Positions 25,254 through 38,419 of a DNA stretch of 64,000 bases are shown one piece after another (the first letter of the stretch is position 1; each line of letters starts with the position of its first letter). Location of the stretch: NCBI GenBank assembly GCA_002269645.1, contig NIVC01000051.1, positions 372,001 to 436,000 of the forward strand, given 5' to 3'. The notes beneath the pieces are model-generated. The model worked only from the letters and a program-made list of their open reading frames with translations, was not told the origin of the DNA and ran no database searches. The DNA comes from Macrostomum lignano (lineage: Eukaryota). The position numbers and the translations under genes are program-made.

Positions 25254-26720
25254 GATATCTATGCTATCTATGCTATCTATGCTATCTATGCTATTTATGT
25301 GCGCCAGATTCGGAGGATTGGGGCAGATTCGGAGGATCGAGGCAGATTCGGAGGATTGGGGCAGATTCGGAGGATCGAGGCAGATTCGGAGGACTGGGCA
25401 GATTCGGAGGATCGAGGCAGATTCGGAGGATTGGGGCAGATTCGGAGGATCGAGGCAGATTCGGAGGACTGGGCAGATTCGGAGGATTGAGGCAGATTCG
25501 GAGGATTGAGGCAGATTTGGAGGATTGAGGCAGATTCTGAGGATCGAGGCAGATTCGGAGGATTGGGGCAGATTCGGAGGACTGGGCAGATTTGGAGGAT
25601 TGAGGCAGATTTGGAGGATTGAGGCAGACTTGGAGGATTGAGGCAGACTTGGAGGATTGAGGCAGACTTGGAGGATTGAGGCAGATTCGGAGGATTGAGG
25701 CAGATTTGGAGGATTGAGGCAGATTTGGAGGATGGAGGCAGATTCTGAGGATGGAGGCAGATTCGGAGGATTGGGGCAGATTCGGAGGATTGGGGCAGAT
25801 TCGGAGGACTGGGCAGATTTGAAGGATTGAGGCAGATTTGGAGGATTGAGGCAGATTTGGAGGATTGAGGCAGATTCGGAGGATTGGGCAGATTTGGAGG
25901 ATTGAGGCAGATTTGGAGGATCGAGGCAGATTCGGAGGACTGGGCAGATTTGGAGGATTGAGGCAGATTCGGAGGATTGAGGCAGATTCGGAGGATTGAG
26001 GCAGATTCGGAGGATTGAGGTAGATTCGGAGGATTGAGTCAGATTCGGAGGATTGAGGCAGATTTGGAGGATTGAGGCAGATTTGGAGGATGGAGGCAGA
26101 TTTGGAGGATGGAGGCAGATTCGGAGGATTGGGGCAGATTCGGAGGATTGGGGCAGATTCGGAGGACTGGGCAGATTTGGAGGATTGAGGCAGATTTGGA
26201 GGATTGAGGCAGATTTGGAGGATTGAGGCAGATTCGGAGGATTGGGCAGATTTGGAGGATTGAGGCAGATTCGGAGGATTGAGGCAGATTTGGAGGATTG
26301 AGGCAGATTTGGAGGATCGAGGCAGATTCGGAGGACTGGGCAGATTTGGAGGATTGAGGCAGATTCGGAGGATTGAGGCAGATTCGGAGGATTGAGGCAG
26401 ATTCGGAGGATTGAGGTAGATTCTGAGGATTGAGGCAGATTCGGAGGATTGAGGTAGATTCTGAGGATTGAGGCAGATTCGGAGGATTGAGGCAGATTCG
26501 GAGGATGGAGGCAGATTCGGAGGATTGAGGCAGATTCGGAGGATTGAGGCAGATTCGGGGAGATGGAGGCAGATTCGGAGGATGGAGGCAGATTCGGAGG
26601 ATTGGGGCAGATTCGGAGGATTGGGGCAGATTCGGAGGATTGAGGCAGATTCGAAGGATTGAGGCAGATTCGGAGGATTGAGGCAGATTTGGAGGATTGA
26701 GGCAGATTCGGAGGATGGAG
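25254..26720. repeat. (ATGCTATCT)n stub followed by 19-bp minisatellite GGAGGATTGAGGCAGATT(C/T)
   Basis: Direct tandem units. Confidence 0.93.
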
Positions 26721-27159
26721 GGTGGGGATCAAGAAAAGCTACTCGCCCTTCATCTATCCCAGGCATAATTCCTCAAATAAAAGATTTATTTAAGCCACTG
26801 GAGTAACAAATATTTTTTGTCTCCTAATCTCAATGACCTGCTGGGATTTCACGAACCGCGGGTAATAAAGGATTAACAAAACCCGATTAAAAAACTGGTC
26901 ATTTAAACGGCCGATATTAAAGTCTAACAAAGAAGAAAGTGAGATCTGCTAATCTCTTCCGCATGAGCACGACGCTCTCAGCAGGATTTACCGAGCAAAT
27001 ACGTATTTATCTTGCAGAATTTTCTGTAAATTCGACATTCGCTTCCTTAGTCAGGTGTCTGCTTTGAGATTAGGGCAGTTTGGAGACCGCCCGTGTTGCG
27101 TGTCGGGGCTTTGGGATAAGGGGAGATACAGATAAGCGATTTCTTGGTGTGGGTTAGTG

Positions 27160-27737
27160 TTGAAGAGTGTGGGAGTGTGGGAGTGTGTGGGAGAGTGTGG
27201 GAGAGATTGTGGGAGAGTTTGGTAAAGTTTGCGAGTGTGGGAGAGTGTGGGAGAGTGTGGGAGTGTGTGGAGAGTGGGAGAGAGTGTGGGAGAGTGTGGG
27301 AGACTGTGGGAGTGTGTGGGAGTGTGTGGGAGTGTGTGGGAGAGTGTGTGGAGAGTGTGGGAGAGTGTGGGAGAGTGTGGGAGTGTGTGGGAGAGTGTGG
27401 GAGAGTGTGGGAGAGTGTGGGAGTGTGTGGGAGTGTGTGGGAGACTGTGGGAGTGTGTGGGAGAGTGTGGGAGAGTGTGGGAGAGTGTGGGAGAGTGTGG
27501 GAGAGTGTGGGAGTGTGTGGGAGTGTGTGGGAGAGTGTGGGAGAGTGTGGGAGAGTGTGGGAGAGTGTGGGAGAGTGTGGGAGTGTGTGGGAGTGTGTGG
27601 GAGAGTGTGTGGAGAGTGGGAGAGTGTGGGAGTGTGTGGGAGAGTGTGGGAGAGTGTGGGAGTGTGTGGGAGAGTGTGTGGAGAGTGTGGGAGAGTGTGG
27701 GAGACTGTGGGAGAGTGTGGGAGAGTGTGGGAGAGTG
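27160..27737. repeat. (GAGAGTGTGG/GAGTGTGTGG)n 10-bp array
   Basis: Direct tandem units. Confidence 0.93.
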
Positions 27738-28012
27738 GAGCCTCGAATGAACAAATGCTGAACAATTACAAGCAGTTGTCAGCACAATATTTGTTACATC
27801 ATTTTTGTTTTTACTATTTAATTGCCAGTATAACTTAGTCTGAATGGAACTAATAGCACAGCATATGTAATAGAAGCTGTTTTCACAAGTTATGAATGGT
27901 TGCTTTAACAATTAAAGCCAGAGATTTTAATATGATAATTGGATTATTAGATAGATGTTTATCAATTTTTCATCAAAATGTTATTGACAGTTTCAATGTC
28001 AGTCTAATTTCG

Positions 28013-31000
28013 TCACCAAGACTTGATCGGGCTGGCACTGCTCAGCAATTTAACACCAGAGCTGTCATCTTTGCCGAGCTCGTGCCGGGCCAGCTCTGAA
28101 GGCGGCGGCTTCGGTAGCTGAGATGACGAGTTGCAGTACCGACTCTCCATGGCGAGGTCGGGGGGTTCGCCTTGCAGACCTGGAAATTCAATTACAAAAT
28201 CGGGGTCAGTGAACAGGTGGGTCAGTGAACAGGTGGGTCAGTGAATGGGTTGATCAGTGAATGGGTTGGTCAGTGAATGGGTCAGTGAATGGGTCAGTGA
28301 ATGGGTCAGTGAATGGGTCAGTGAATGGGTTGGTCAGTGAATGGGTCAGTGAATAGGTCAGTGAATGGGTGGGTCAGTGAATGGGTCAGTGAATGGGTTG
28401 GTCAGTGAATGGGTGGGTCGGTGAATGGGTCAGTGAATGGGTCAGTGAATGGGTCAGTGAATGGGTCAGTGAATGGGTCAGTGAATGGGTCAGTGAATGG
28501 GTCAGTGAATGAGTCAGTGAGTGAGTCACTGAAGGATCTCACAGTGCATCCTCAGCAGTGGTTGCGAGTGCGCCATGGGCGAGGCCGAATCATCCGTCCC
28601 TGATGCTGGAGTCAGGAAGTGATACGGCGGCGCTGCATTTGAGGGAACTGCCTCGGTGACCCCGGCGGATGCAGCGGCGGCCGCGGCAGCAGCAGCAGCG
28701 GCTGCGGCTGCTTGATAAAATCCGGGTGGGTAAAAACTGCCGAAGCAGTCGGAATTTCCTGCGAGATGGAAATTTTTCAAAAATGTATGCTACCGATATG
28801 TATTGAAAAATAAGTCTGAATGTCGGCGCGCTGCTACCGATATGTATCGAAAAAAGTCTGCATGTAAGCGCCTCTCACCGAAGTAGCCGCTCGCGAAGGA
28901 CACCAGATCCCCGTTCGGGACGTTGGCGTCCTGTGACTCGGCGCCGCGTAGGGCGCGCATTCGGCGCTGGTTTCGAAAGTAGCCGCGGCGGGCGCCCATG
29001 GCGCTCAGCTGCTTCAGGCGGCGCTCCTTACTGCGCCGATTCTGAAACCACACCTGAGGTTTGACGGATAAGGCGTGCGATTCGGAATCACCGTTTCTGG
29101 GAGGCTCTGGGAGGCTGGCCCAGCAACTGAGGCTCTGAGAGGCTGGCCCAGCAACTGAGGATCTGGGAGGCTGGCCCAGCAACTGAGGATCTGGCAGGCT
29201 GGCCCAGAAACTGGGGATCTTGGAGGCTGGCCCAGCAACAGAGGATCTGAGAGGCTGGCCCAGCAACTGAGGATCTGGGAGGCTGGCCAGGCAACTGAGG
29301 ATCTGGGAGGCTGGCCCAGCAACTGAGGATCTGGGAGGCTGGCCCAGAAACTGGGGATCTTGGAGGCTGGCCCAGAAACTGAGGATCTGGGAGGCTGGCC
29401 CAGCAACTGAGGATCTAGGAGGCTGGCCCAGCAACTGAGGATCTGGGAGGCTGGCCCAGAAACTGAGGATCTGGGAGGCTGGCTCAGCAACTGAGGATCT
29501 GGGAGGCTGGACCAGAAACTGAGGATCTGGGAGGCTGGCCCAGCAACTGAGGATCTGGGAGGCTGGCCCAGCAACTGAGGATCTGAGAGGCTGGCCCAGC
29601 AACTGAGGATCTGGGAGGCTGGCTCAGCAACTGAGGATCTGGGAGGCTGGCCCAGCAACTGAGGATCTGGGAGGCTGGCCCAGGAACTGAGAATCTGGGA
29701 GGGCCAGCCAGACCAGATATCCCAGAGCTCCATGAAGCCGGACCCTGTCCCTTGGGTGGAAGCTGAGCTGCCGGCCTCAGCACGCTGAGCCACCCGGCAG
29801 TCTGGATGGAATTTCAGCCTCAGCTGCCAGCGCCCCAACTGTCCCAGTTCAACTATCCCCCCCCCCAGCTCAATGATTAGTTTCTCAGAGCTGCGCGCCA
29901 CAGCATCTGTCTCAGACCCATCGTATCGTTTTACAATGTCTGCGCCAAGCGGCCTCTTAAACGATACTCAAGCTTAGTTATGCGTTCGTGCAGCGCACCT
30001 GAATGACCCGCATGTTCAGGCCGGTCTGCTGCGCCAGCTGCTCCCTGATGTGCCGCGTTGGCTTCGGTGTCGCGGCAAACGCCGCCTTCAACATTTCCAG
30101 CTGCTTCGCCTTGATGGTCGTTCGCGGACCTCGCCGCTTGCTTCCAGAAGCAGCAGCAGCAGCAGCAGACGCGGACGCCGCGGAAGCAGCCGCCGTCAGG
30201 GAGGCGGATTCTCCCGACTCATCCGCGTCGCTGCATTCCTCGTCCGGATCCTCATCGTCGAATACTTCGACAAAGTCGTCTGGCGCGCCGGTTGCTTCTT
30301 CTGTTGCTTCCTGGGAGTTTTCTTCTTCCACACGATTCATTGCCCGATTTTCTTCTGCAGAGATTCTGCTTTTAGCACTGTGTTGGTTGTTTTTGTTGTT
30401 ATTTGTCTCAAAGCTGACAGACGAATTCGGTGCAGCCTCGGTCAGGAGTTCGGTTCTTCTCTGATGAAGCATTGAGCGATGAGAGCGAAGAAGCGCGAAC
30501 GACTTTTCTGTGGAGTTCGAGTTTGGTAATGAGGGATTGCCAACGATTTGTGGACTACCAGTGACAACTCATCAAAATGGCGCAATGACAACTAATCAAT
30601 ATGGCGCCAATGACAACTCATCAATATGGTGCCAATGACAACTCATCGAGATGGCGCCAATGACAACTCATCAATATGGCGCCAATGACAACTCATCAAT
30701 ATGGCGCCAATTACAACTCATCAACGTGGCGCCAATGACAACTCATCAATATGGCGTCAATGACAACTCGTCAATATGGCGCCAATGACAACTCATCAAT
30801 ATAGCGCCAATGACAACTCATCAATATGGCGTCAATGACAACTCGTCAATATGGCGCCAATGACAACTCATCAATATAGCGCCAATGACAACTCATCAAT
30901 ATGGCGTCAATGACAACTCGTCAATATGGCGCCAATGACAACTCATCAATATGGCGCCAACGACAGTCTTAGACGTAACTTTAACAAGTTGAACAGCAAC

Positions 31001-34000
31001 TTTGTGAAACAAAACCAATTAATGGACTGTCCAGTGGCCCATAAAAATATTGGCAGTCAAAATTCTGCAAGCATTATTGATAGCATTTGGTTGCTACACG
31101 TGTCCCAACTAATTAGCATAATTTATGCCAGTCAACTTCTGTGCCGGAAGAGCAACCAACGTGAGGCCATTATTATGAAGCCAACAATTGCAATTGCAAA
31201 ACTGCAGCAATTCTCCGCTTTGGAAAGTATATATAAAAATGAATAGATTATTCTGTGAGTAAACTGGCATCTGTTCGGGCTGTAATCCCGAGCTTTAACT
31301 GGGGCGCAGGCTCAATATGAGGAGAATATATTCATATAGACATATTTTTTTCTATCGATTGATTTCTACAGACAGTCAATATTCTCTGTAAGCTTTCTGC
31401 CAGCATACTTAAACATGTAAAATAATCCTCATATTGTACTGACCACAGATTCTCACAGTTAGATTTGAGAACAGATTCTCACAGTTAAATTTGAGCACAG
31501 ATTCTCACAGTTAGATTTGAGCACAGATTCTCACAGTTAGATTTGAGCACAGATTCTCACAGTTAGATTTGACCACAGATTCTCACAGTTAGATTTGAGC
31601 ACAGATTCTCACAGTTAAATTTGAGCACAGATTCTCACAGTTAGATTTGAGCACAGATTCTCACAGTTAGATTTGAGCACAGATTCTCACAGTTAGATTT
31701 GAGCACAGATTCTCACAGTTAGATTTGAGCACAGATTCTCACAGTTAGATTTGAGCACAGATTCTCACAGTTAGATTTGAGCACAGATTCTCACAGTTAG
31801 ATTTGAGCACAGATTCTCACAGTTAAATTTGAGCACAGATTCTCACAGTTAGATTTGAGCACAGATTCTCACAGTTAGATTTGAGCACAGATTCTCACAG
31901 TTAGATTTGAGCACAGATTCTCACAGTTAGATTTGAGCACAGATTCTCATAGATAGATTTGAGCACAGATTCTCACAGTTAGATTTGAGCACAGATTCTC
32001 ACAGTTAGATTTGAGCACAGATTCTCACAGTTAGATTTGACCACAGATTCTCACAGTTAGATTTGAGCACAGATTCTCACAGTTAGATTTGAGCACAGAT
32101 TCTCACAGTTAGATTTGAGCACAGATTCTCATAGATAGATTTGAGCACAGATTCTCACAATTAGATTTGAGCACAGATTCTTATAGATAGATTTGAGCAC
32201 AGATTCTCACAGTTAGATTTGAGCACAGATTCTCACAGTTAGATTTGAGCACAGATTCTCACAGTTAAATTTGAGCACAGATTCTCACAGTTAGATTTGA
32301 GCACAGATTCTCACAGTTAGATTTGAGCACAGATTCTCACAGTTAGATTTGAGCACAGATTCTCACAGTTAGATTTGAGCACAGATTCTCACAGTTAGAT
32401 TTGAGCACAGATTCTCACAGTTAGATTTGAGCACAGATTCTCACAGTTAGATTTGAGCACAGATTCTCACAGTTAGATTTGAGCACAGATTCTCACAGTT
32501 AGATTTGAGCACAGATTCTCACAGTTAGATTTGAGCACAGATTCTCACAGTTAGATTTGAGAACAGATTCTCACAGTTGAATTTGAGCACAGATTCTCAC
32601 AGTTAGATTTGAGCACAGATTCTCACAGTTAGATTTGAGCACAGATTCTCACAGTTAGATTTGAGCACAGATTCTCACAGTTAGATTTGACCACAGATTC
32701 TCACAGTTAGATTTGAGCACAGATTCTCACAGTTAGATTTGAGCACAGATTCTCACAGTTAGATTTGAGCACAGATTCTCATAGATAGATTTGAGCACAG
32801 ATTCTCACAATTAGATTTGAGCACAGATTCTTATAGATAGATTTGAGCACAGATTCTCACAGTTAGATTTGAGCACAGATTCTCACAGTTAGATTTGAGC
32901 ACAGATTCTCACAGTTAGATTTGACCACAGATTCTCACAGTTAGATTTGAGCACAGATTCTCACAGTTAAATTTGAGCACAGATTCTCACAGTTAGATTT
33001 GAGCACAGATTCTCATAGATAGATTTGAGCACAGATTCTCACAATTAGATTTGAGCACAGATTCTTATAGATAGATTTGAGCACAGATTCTCACAGTTAG
33101 ATTTGAGCACAGATTCTCACAGTTAGATTTGAGCACAGATTCTCACAGTTAGATTTGAGCACAGATTCTCACAGTTAGATTTGAGCACAGATTCTCACAG
33201 TTAGATTTGAGCACAGATTCTCACAGTTAGATTTGAGCACAGATTCTCATAGATAGATTTGAGCACAGATTCTCACAGTTAGATTTGAGCACAGATTCTC
33301 ACAGTTAGATTTGAGCACAGATTCTCACAATTAGATTTGAGCACAGATTCTCACAGTTAGATTTGAGCACAGATTCTCACAGTTAGATTTGAGCACAGAT
33401 TCTCACAGTTAGATTTGAGCACAGATTCTCACAGTTAGATTTGAGCACAGATTCTCACAGTTAGATTTGAGCACAGATTCTCACAGTTAGATTTGAGCAC
33501 AGATTCTCATAGATAGATTTGAGCACAGATTCTCACAATTAGATTTGAGCACAGATTCTTATAGATAGATTTGAGCACAGATTCTCACAGTTAGATTTGA
33601 GCACAGATTCTCACAGTTAGATTTGAGCACAGATTCTCACAGTTAGATTTGAGCACAGATTCTCACAGTTAGATTTGAGCACAGATTCTCACAGTTAAAT
33701 TTGAGCACAGATTCTCACAGTTAGATTTGAGCACAGATTCTCACAGTTAGATTTGAGCATTCTCACAATGTTTATTATAAAATATTTTGAACCCCAACCT
33801 GCTCCAATTAGCTATGAAAATATTGAAAGACTTCCCACTGTCTCAGCTGATTCTCTGCCACTCTCCGCCCTGGCCTCGCGTGATGGAGGGTCTCTGAAAC
33901 GATGCGAGGCCAGGCCCGAATGGCGTAATCTTGTCGAATAGCTGGGGCCAAGATGGACAGTCGAGCTTGAAAGCTTTTTCTGTTTTCTTTCTTACTGCAT

Positions 34001-34269
34001 GCCTCGCGACTTATGAAATATATTTGTGGAAAAAATTGTGGCTTATTGAAAAAGGAAAATTCCAGATCAGGGGGTGGAGGCAGTGGACCGAACAGATTTG
34101 AGCAGAGCAGATTTCGATTTTGCCTTTTTTATGGTTTAGCTGCGGACCTAAGCCTGATGATAAAAAATGGTTTATGAGTAGTGGGCTGTGTTAATTGTGG
34201 CGTGAAAGCTGAGCTAAGTGAGAGAGAGCGTGATGCATAGACTCGGATGGATATAGATAGATGATAGAT

Positions 34270-34309
<40 letters not shown>

Positions 34310-37300
34310 CAATTGGGCAACATCAGAGGCATTTCCACCCACCCTCTGTTGACTTTATACTCGAAAAAAATTCCTAATCCCTTTAGGTGTTTTAGTAATA
34401 AGCTTTATCACACCAAAATTAGCAGCGCCCACTTCGCTCAATTCGGTGACGTAATCTCGAGAACTTCTCTCTCTAGATCAAGATTTTGCAAACTTGCTGT
34501 TTATCGCCTCTGGCCACTTGTCTATTTTTGCATTCCGCCAGCTGTCCCGCGTCGCGCGGTCTCTTCAAAAAACAATAAAAGAAATCTGTGTGAAATCTGA
34601 GTAGTCTGCGTTTCCAGAGCTCAATTATTTAGCTACTAAGAAATCTACGAGTATCAGAGTAAATTAGTTTCCAATTCCATATTTGGCGGCGGCAGAATAA
34701 TGGCAGTTCAAAAAGAAGCAGAAACCCCCATGCCAAGAGTGAGTCTTGCCACAATAGTGGAGACAGCGCATAGCTTGATCTACGGCTCACAATGGGACAC
34801 TTAGCAGGCAATTTGGCGCGAGCTGGCAATATTCAATTCTTAGCGGACTAGGCGTCGGGGCACTGGGGGACTGGGAGATATATAAGTGAGAGTGAAAGGG
34901 AAAGCTAGAGGGAAGAGGGTAGACAAAAGAGAGATAAGAGACGAGAGGGGAGAGGAGAGGAGCAGAGGAGAGGAGAGGAGAGGAAAGGAGAGGAGAGGAG
35001 AGGAGAGGAGAGGAGAGGAGAGGAGAGGAGAGGAAAGGAGAGGAGAGGAGAGGAGAGGAGAGGAGAGGAGAGGAGAGGAGAGAGGAGAGGAGAGGAGAGG
35101 AGAGGAGAGGAGAGGAGAGGAGAGGAGAGATGGGAGACGAGAGGGAGATGAGACGAGAGGGGAGAGGAGAGGAGAGGAGAGGAGAGGAGAGGAGAGGAGA
35201 GGAGAGGAGAGGAGAGGAGAGGAGAGAGAGGAGAGGAGAGGAGAGGAGAGGAGAGAGAGGAGAGAGAGAGAGGGAGATGAGACGAGAGAGAGAGGGGAGA
35301 GGAGAGACAAGAGGGGAGAGGGGAGAGAAGTGGAGAGAGAGGAGAGATAAGAGGGGAGAGAAGAGAGACGAGAGGGGAGAGGGGAGAGAAGAGGAGATAG
35401 ATGAGAGATGAGAGACGAGAGGGGAGAGTAGAGCAAGAGCAGAGGCACAGAAGCAAGCAATAAAAAAACAATATTCGCGCTGGTAAGCTCTCTAATTAGG
35501 ATGGCCACAATTTCAAGGTTCGATTCCAGCCCCTACCAGTGGAAGAGCTGCGGTTCACTGAGAAGAGGCGGCCAAAAGCAGATAGTCAGAGAGCTTCTCA
35601 TGGCCAACTTTGTCAACAAAATTTTTTTAATTCCTCAATAAACCCAGCTTGGTAATACAAACATTGCGCTTCCAGTCAGTGAGACTTAGGCCAATAGTTT
35701 CCGTGAGCACAAATTAGGCCTACCAGAGCGGGTAATCTCAGTTTTGTCTCCTCGCATTTAGTTCCGGAAACTAAGAAGGGGATTATATTAACAAGACCCT
35801 GTTGCCAGGTCTTTGTTTTTCTTTGGTTGAACGCAGCGCAACCTACCGCAGCAATGTTCTATGAAAGTCGGAAAAGATTATCTGAAACTGAATCTGAATA
35901 ATGGCACTCTACTCAGAGAGAATGGAGGTGCAGTCGGAACTGAATAATGGCACTCTACTCAGAGAGAAGGGCGGTGCAGTCTGAACTGAATAATGGCACT
36001 CTACTCAGAGAGAATGGCGGTGCAGTCGGAACTGAATAATGGCACTCTACTCAGAGAGAATGGTGGTGCAGTCGGAACTGAATAATGGCACTCTACTCAG
36101 ACAGAATGGCGGTGCAGTCGGAACTGAATAATGGCACTCTACTCAGAGAGAAGGGCGGTGCAGTCTGAACTGAATAATGGCACTCTACTCAGAGAGAATG
36201 GCGGTGCAGTCGGAACTGAATAATGGCACTCTACTCAGAGAGAATGGTGGTGCAGTCGGAACTGAATAATGGCACTCAACTCAGACAGAATGGCGGTGCA
36301 GTCGGAACTGAATAATGGCACTCTACTCAGAGAGAAGGGCGGTGCAGTCTGAACTGAATAATGGCACTCTACTCAGAGATAATGGCGGTGCAGTCTGAAC
36401 TGAAAAATGGCACTCTACTCAGAGAGAATGGCGGTTCAGTCGGAACTGAATAATGGCACTCTACTCAGAGAGAATGGCGGTTCAGTCGGAACTGAATAAT
36501 GGCACTCTACTCAGAGAGAAGGGCGGTGCAGTCGGAACTGAATAATGGCACTCTACTCAGAGAGAATGGCGGTTCAGTCGGAACTGAATAATGGCACTCT
36601 ACTCAGAGAGAAGGGCGGTGCAGTCTGAACTGAATAATGGCACTCTACTCAGAGAGAATGGCGGTTCAGTCGGAACTGAATAATGGCACTCTACTCAGAG
36701 AGAAGGGCGGTGCAGTCGGAACTGAATAATGGCACTCTACTCAGAGAGAATGGCGGTTCAGTCGGAACTGAATAATGGCACTCTACTCAGAGAGAATGGC
36801 GGTGCAGTCGGAACTGAATAATGGCACTCAAAATCAAGTAAAAAACAGCTCAACCTGGTGAACCCACCGTTCTGCATCTCTCCAGCAGCCTCAGCTTCAA
36901 GAGCAGACTTTCGGCACTTCTCAGCCTTGCAGACGAATCTGCTGCCGCCGTCAATCACTAGGAGCTCCTCGCCAGTGAGCAGCTGCTTCTGACAGGAAGC
37001 GCAGGTGAAGCAGCACAGGTGGTAGACACGATTCTCAGCGGTGCGCCGAACCAAATCGCTGGGCGAGATGCCCTCGGAGCAGCCTGAGCACTTGGTGCCG
37101 AACCGGCTGCGGGTTCGGGTTGCAGTTCAGGAATGAGGCCTCCTCTGGGGTGGCTAAGGGGCGATTCTCAGGTGTAGCCAAGGGGGGTGATTCTCAGGTG
37201 TAGCCAAGGGGGGGGGCGATTCTCAGGTGTAGCCAAGGGGGGGGGCGATTCTCAGGTGTAGCCAAGGGGGGGCGATTCTCAGGTGTAGCCAAGGGGGGCG

Positions 37301-38142
37301 ATTCTCAGGTGTAGCCAAGGGGGGCGATTCTCAGGTGTAGCCAAGGGGGTGATTCTCAGGTGTAGCCAAGGGGGGGGGCGATTCTCAGGTGTAGCTAAGG
37401 GGGGGCGATTCTCAGGTGTAGCCAAGGGGGGGCGATTCTCAGGTGTAGCCAAGGGGGGGGCAATTCTCAGGTGTAGCCAAGGGGGGGGCGATTCTCAGGT
37501 GTAGCCAAGGGGGGCGATTCTCAGGTGTAGCCAAGGGGGGGGCGATTCTCAGGTGTAGCCAAGGGGGGCGATTCTCAGGTGTAGCCAAGGGGGGCGATTC
37601 TCAGGTGTAGCCAAGGGGGGTGATTCTCAGGTGTAGCCAAGGGGGGGGGGCGATTCTCAGGTGTAGCCAAGGGGGGGGGGCGATTCTCAGGTGTAGCCAA
37701 GGGGGGGCGATTCTCAGGTGTAGCCAAGGGGGGGCAATTCTCAGGTGTAGCCAAGGGGGGGGGGCGATTCTCAGGTGTAGCCAAGGGGGGCGATTCTCAG
37801 GTGTAGCCAAGGGGGGGGCGATTCTCAGGTGTAGCCAAGGGGGGGATTCTCAGGTGTAGCCAAGGGAGGGGCGATTCTCAGGTGTAGCCAAGGGGGGGAT
37901 TCTCAGGTGTAGCCACGGCAGTCAGAAATGAAAGCTACAACTGCAATCAAGAGCTAATGAAGCAGCACTCACCGGAAAAAGTCAGTCCTACAATAGAACC
38001 GACCATCTCTACTAAAACACCGCTCGCTGAGACCGAGTCCGCAATCTGCACAGTGCAGACAGTCGGCGTGCCAAGTCTGGTTGAGCACACTCAACAGGAA
38101 CTGATCAAATATCGGTTTGTCACAGCCGGCGCAAAACGACAT
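28013..38142 (-). CDS. Lhx3: LIM-homeobox transcription factor, Lhx3/4 (Lim3) subfamily
   Basis: LIM1 exon 38142-37973 ([31 protein letters not shown]...YCRTDFFR; acceptor at 38151, so an upstream exon is possible). LIM2 exon 37106-~36855 (RFGTKCSGC...[12 protein letters not shown]). Homeodomain exons ~30460-29999 ([47 protein letters not shown]) and 29053-28879 ([15 protein letters not shown]). C-terminal exons 28758-28543 and 28179-28013. The homeodomain is diagnostic of Lhx3/4. The LIM2-to-linker junction is not resolved exactly. Confidence 0.93.
28200..28530. repeat. 12-bp minisatellite CAGTGAATGGGT (last Lhx3 intron)
   Basis: Direct tandem units. Confidence 0.92.
29090..29700. repeat. 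28-29-bp minisatellite GAGGCTGGCCCAGCAACTGAGGATCTGG
   Basis: Direct tandem units in the intron that splits the homeodomain. Confidence 0.92.
30578..30962. repeat. 25-bp minisatellite ATGGCGCCAATGACAACTCATCAAT
   Basis: Direct tandem units. Confidence 0.92.
31440..33762. repeat. 26-bp minisatellite GATTTGAGCACAGATTCTCACAGTTA, ~2.3 kb
   Basis: Highly homogeneous tandem units. Confidence 0.95.
34255..34308. repeat. (GATA)n microsatellite
   Basis: Direct inspection. Confidence 0.85.
34885..35440. repeat. Degenerate (GAGGA)n array
   Basis: Direct inspection. Confidence 0.9.
35885..36830. repeat. 46-bp minisatellite ACTGAATAATGGCACTCTACTCAGAGAGAATGGCGGTGCAGTCGGA
   Basis: Direct tandem units. 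Confidence 0.94.
37150..37916. repeat. ~26-29-bp minisatellite CGATTCTCAGGTGTAGCCAA(G)5-10
   Basis: Direct tandem units with a variable G-run. Confidence 0.94.
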
Positions 38143-38419
38143 TATCTTAAACTGGTTGTGTGTGAGCCAAGCCCAAGCCAAGTCAATAGATAGCTGTAAC
38201 TATTGACAGAAGTCCTAGCGAAACAGCTCGCTTATTCAATGGACGCGCAGTGAAGTGCCCATATTAGGCGCATGGCGATCGCTGATTGGCTAGTTGGGCC
38301 ATTTCGTTGCCTGACTGGTTGGGACAGCAGACATTCGGTTAATTTTTTTAAGTTGTAGAGAAACCGCTCTTGGAGTCTTGAAAATCTTGAAGACCCAGAG
38401 CGGAGACTCCTTCATGAAG

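Noticed and set aside
23478-27911. Long ORFs over the 15-18-bp, 19-bp and 10-bp arrays
   Set aside because: They are repeat translations open on both strands and in several frames, with no splice or domain support.
34840-34885. 11-bp match (CACTGGGGGAC) to the LINE 3' region just before another GAGGA array
   Set aside because: The match is too short and the flanking similarity is not collinear. It is probably chance.
35495-35540. B-box-like GGTTCGATTCC followed by ..ACCA as a tRNA
   Set aside because: There is no A box or cloverleaf upstream. At most it is a decayed SINE head.
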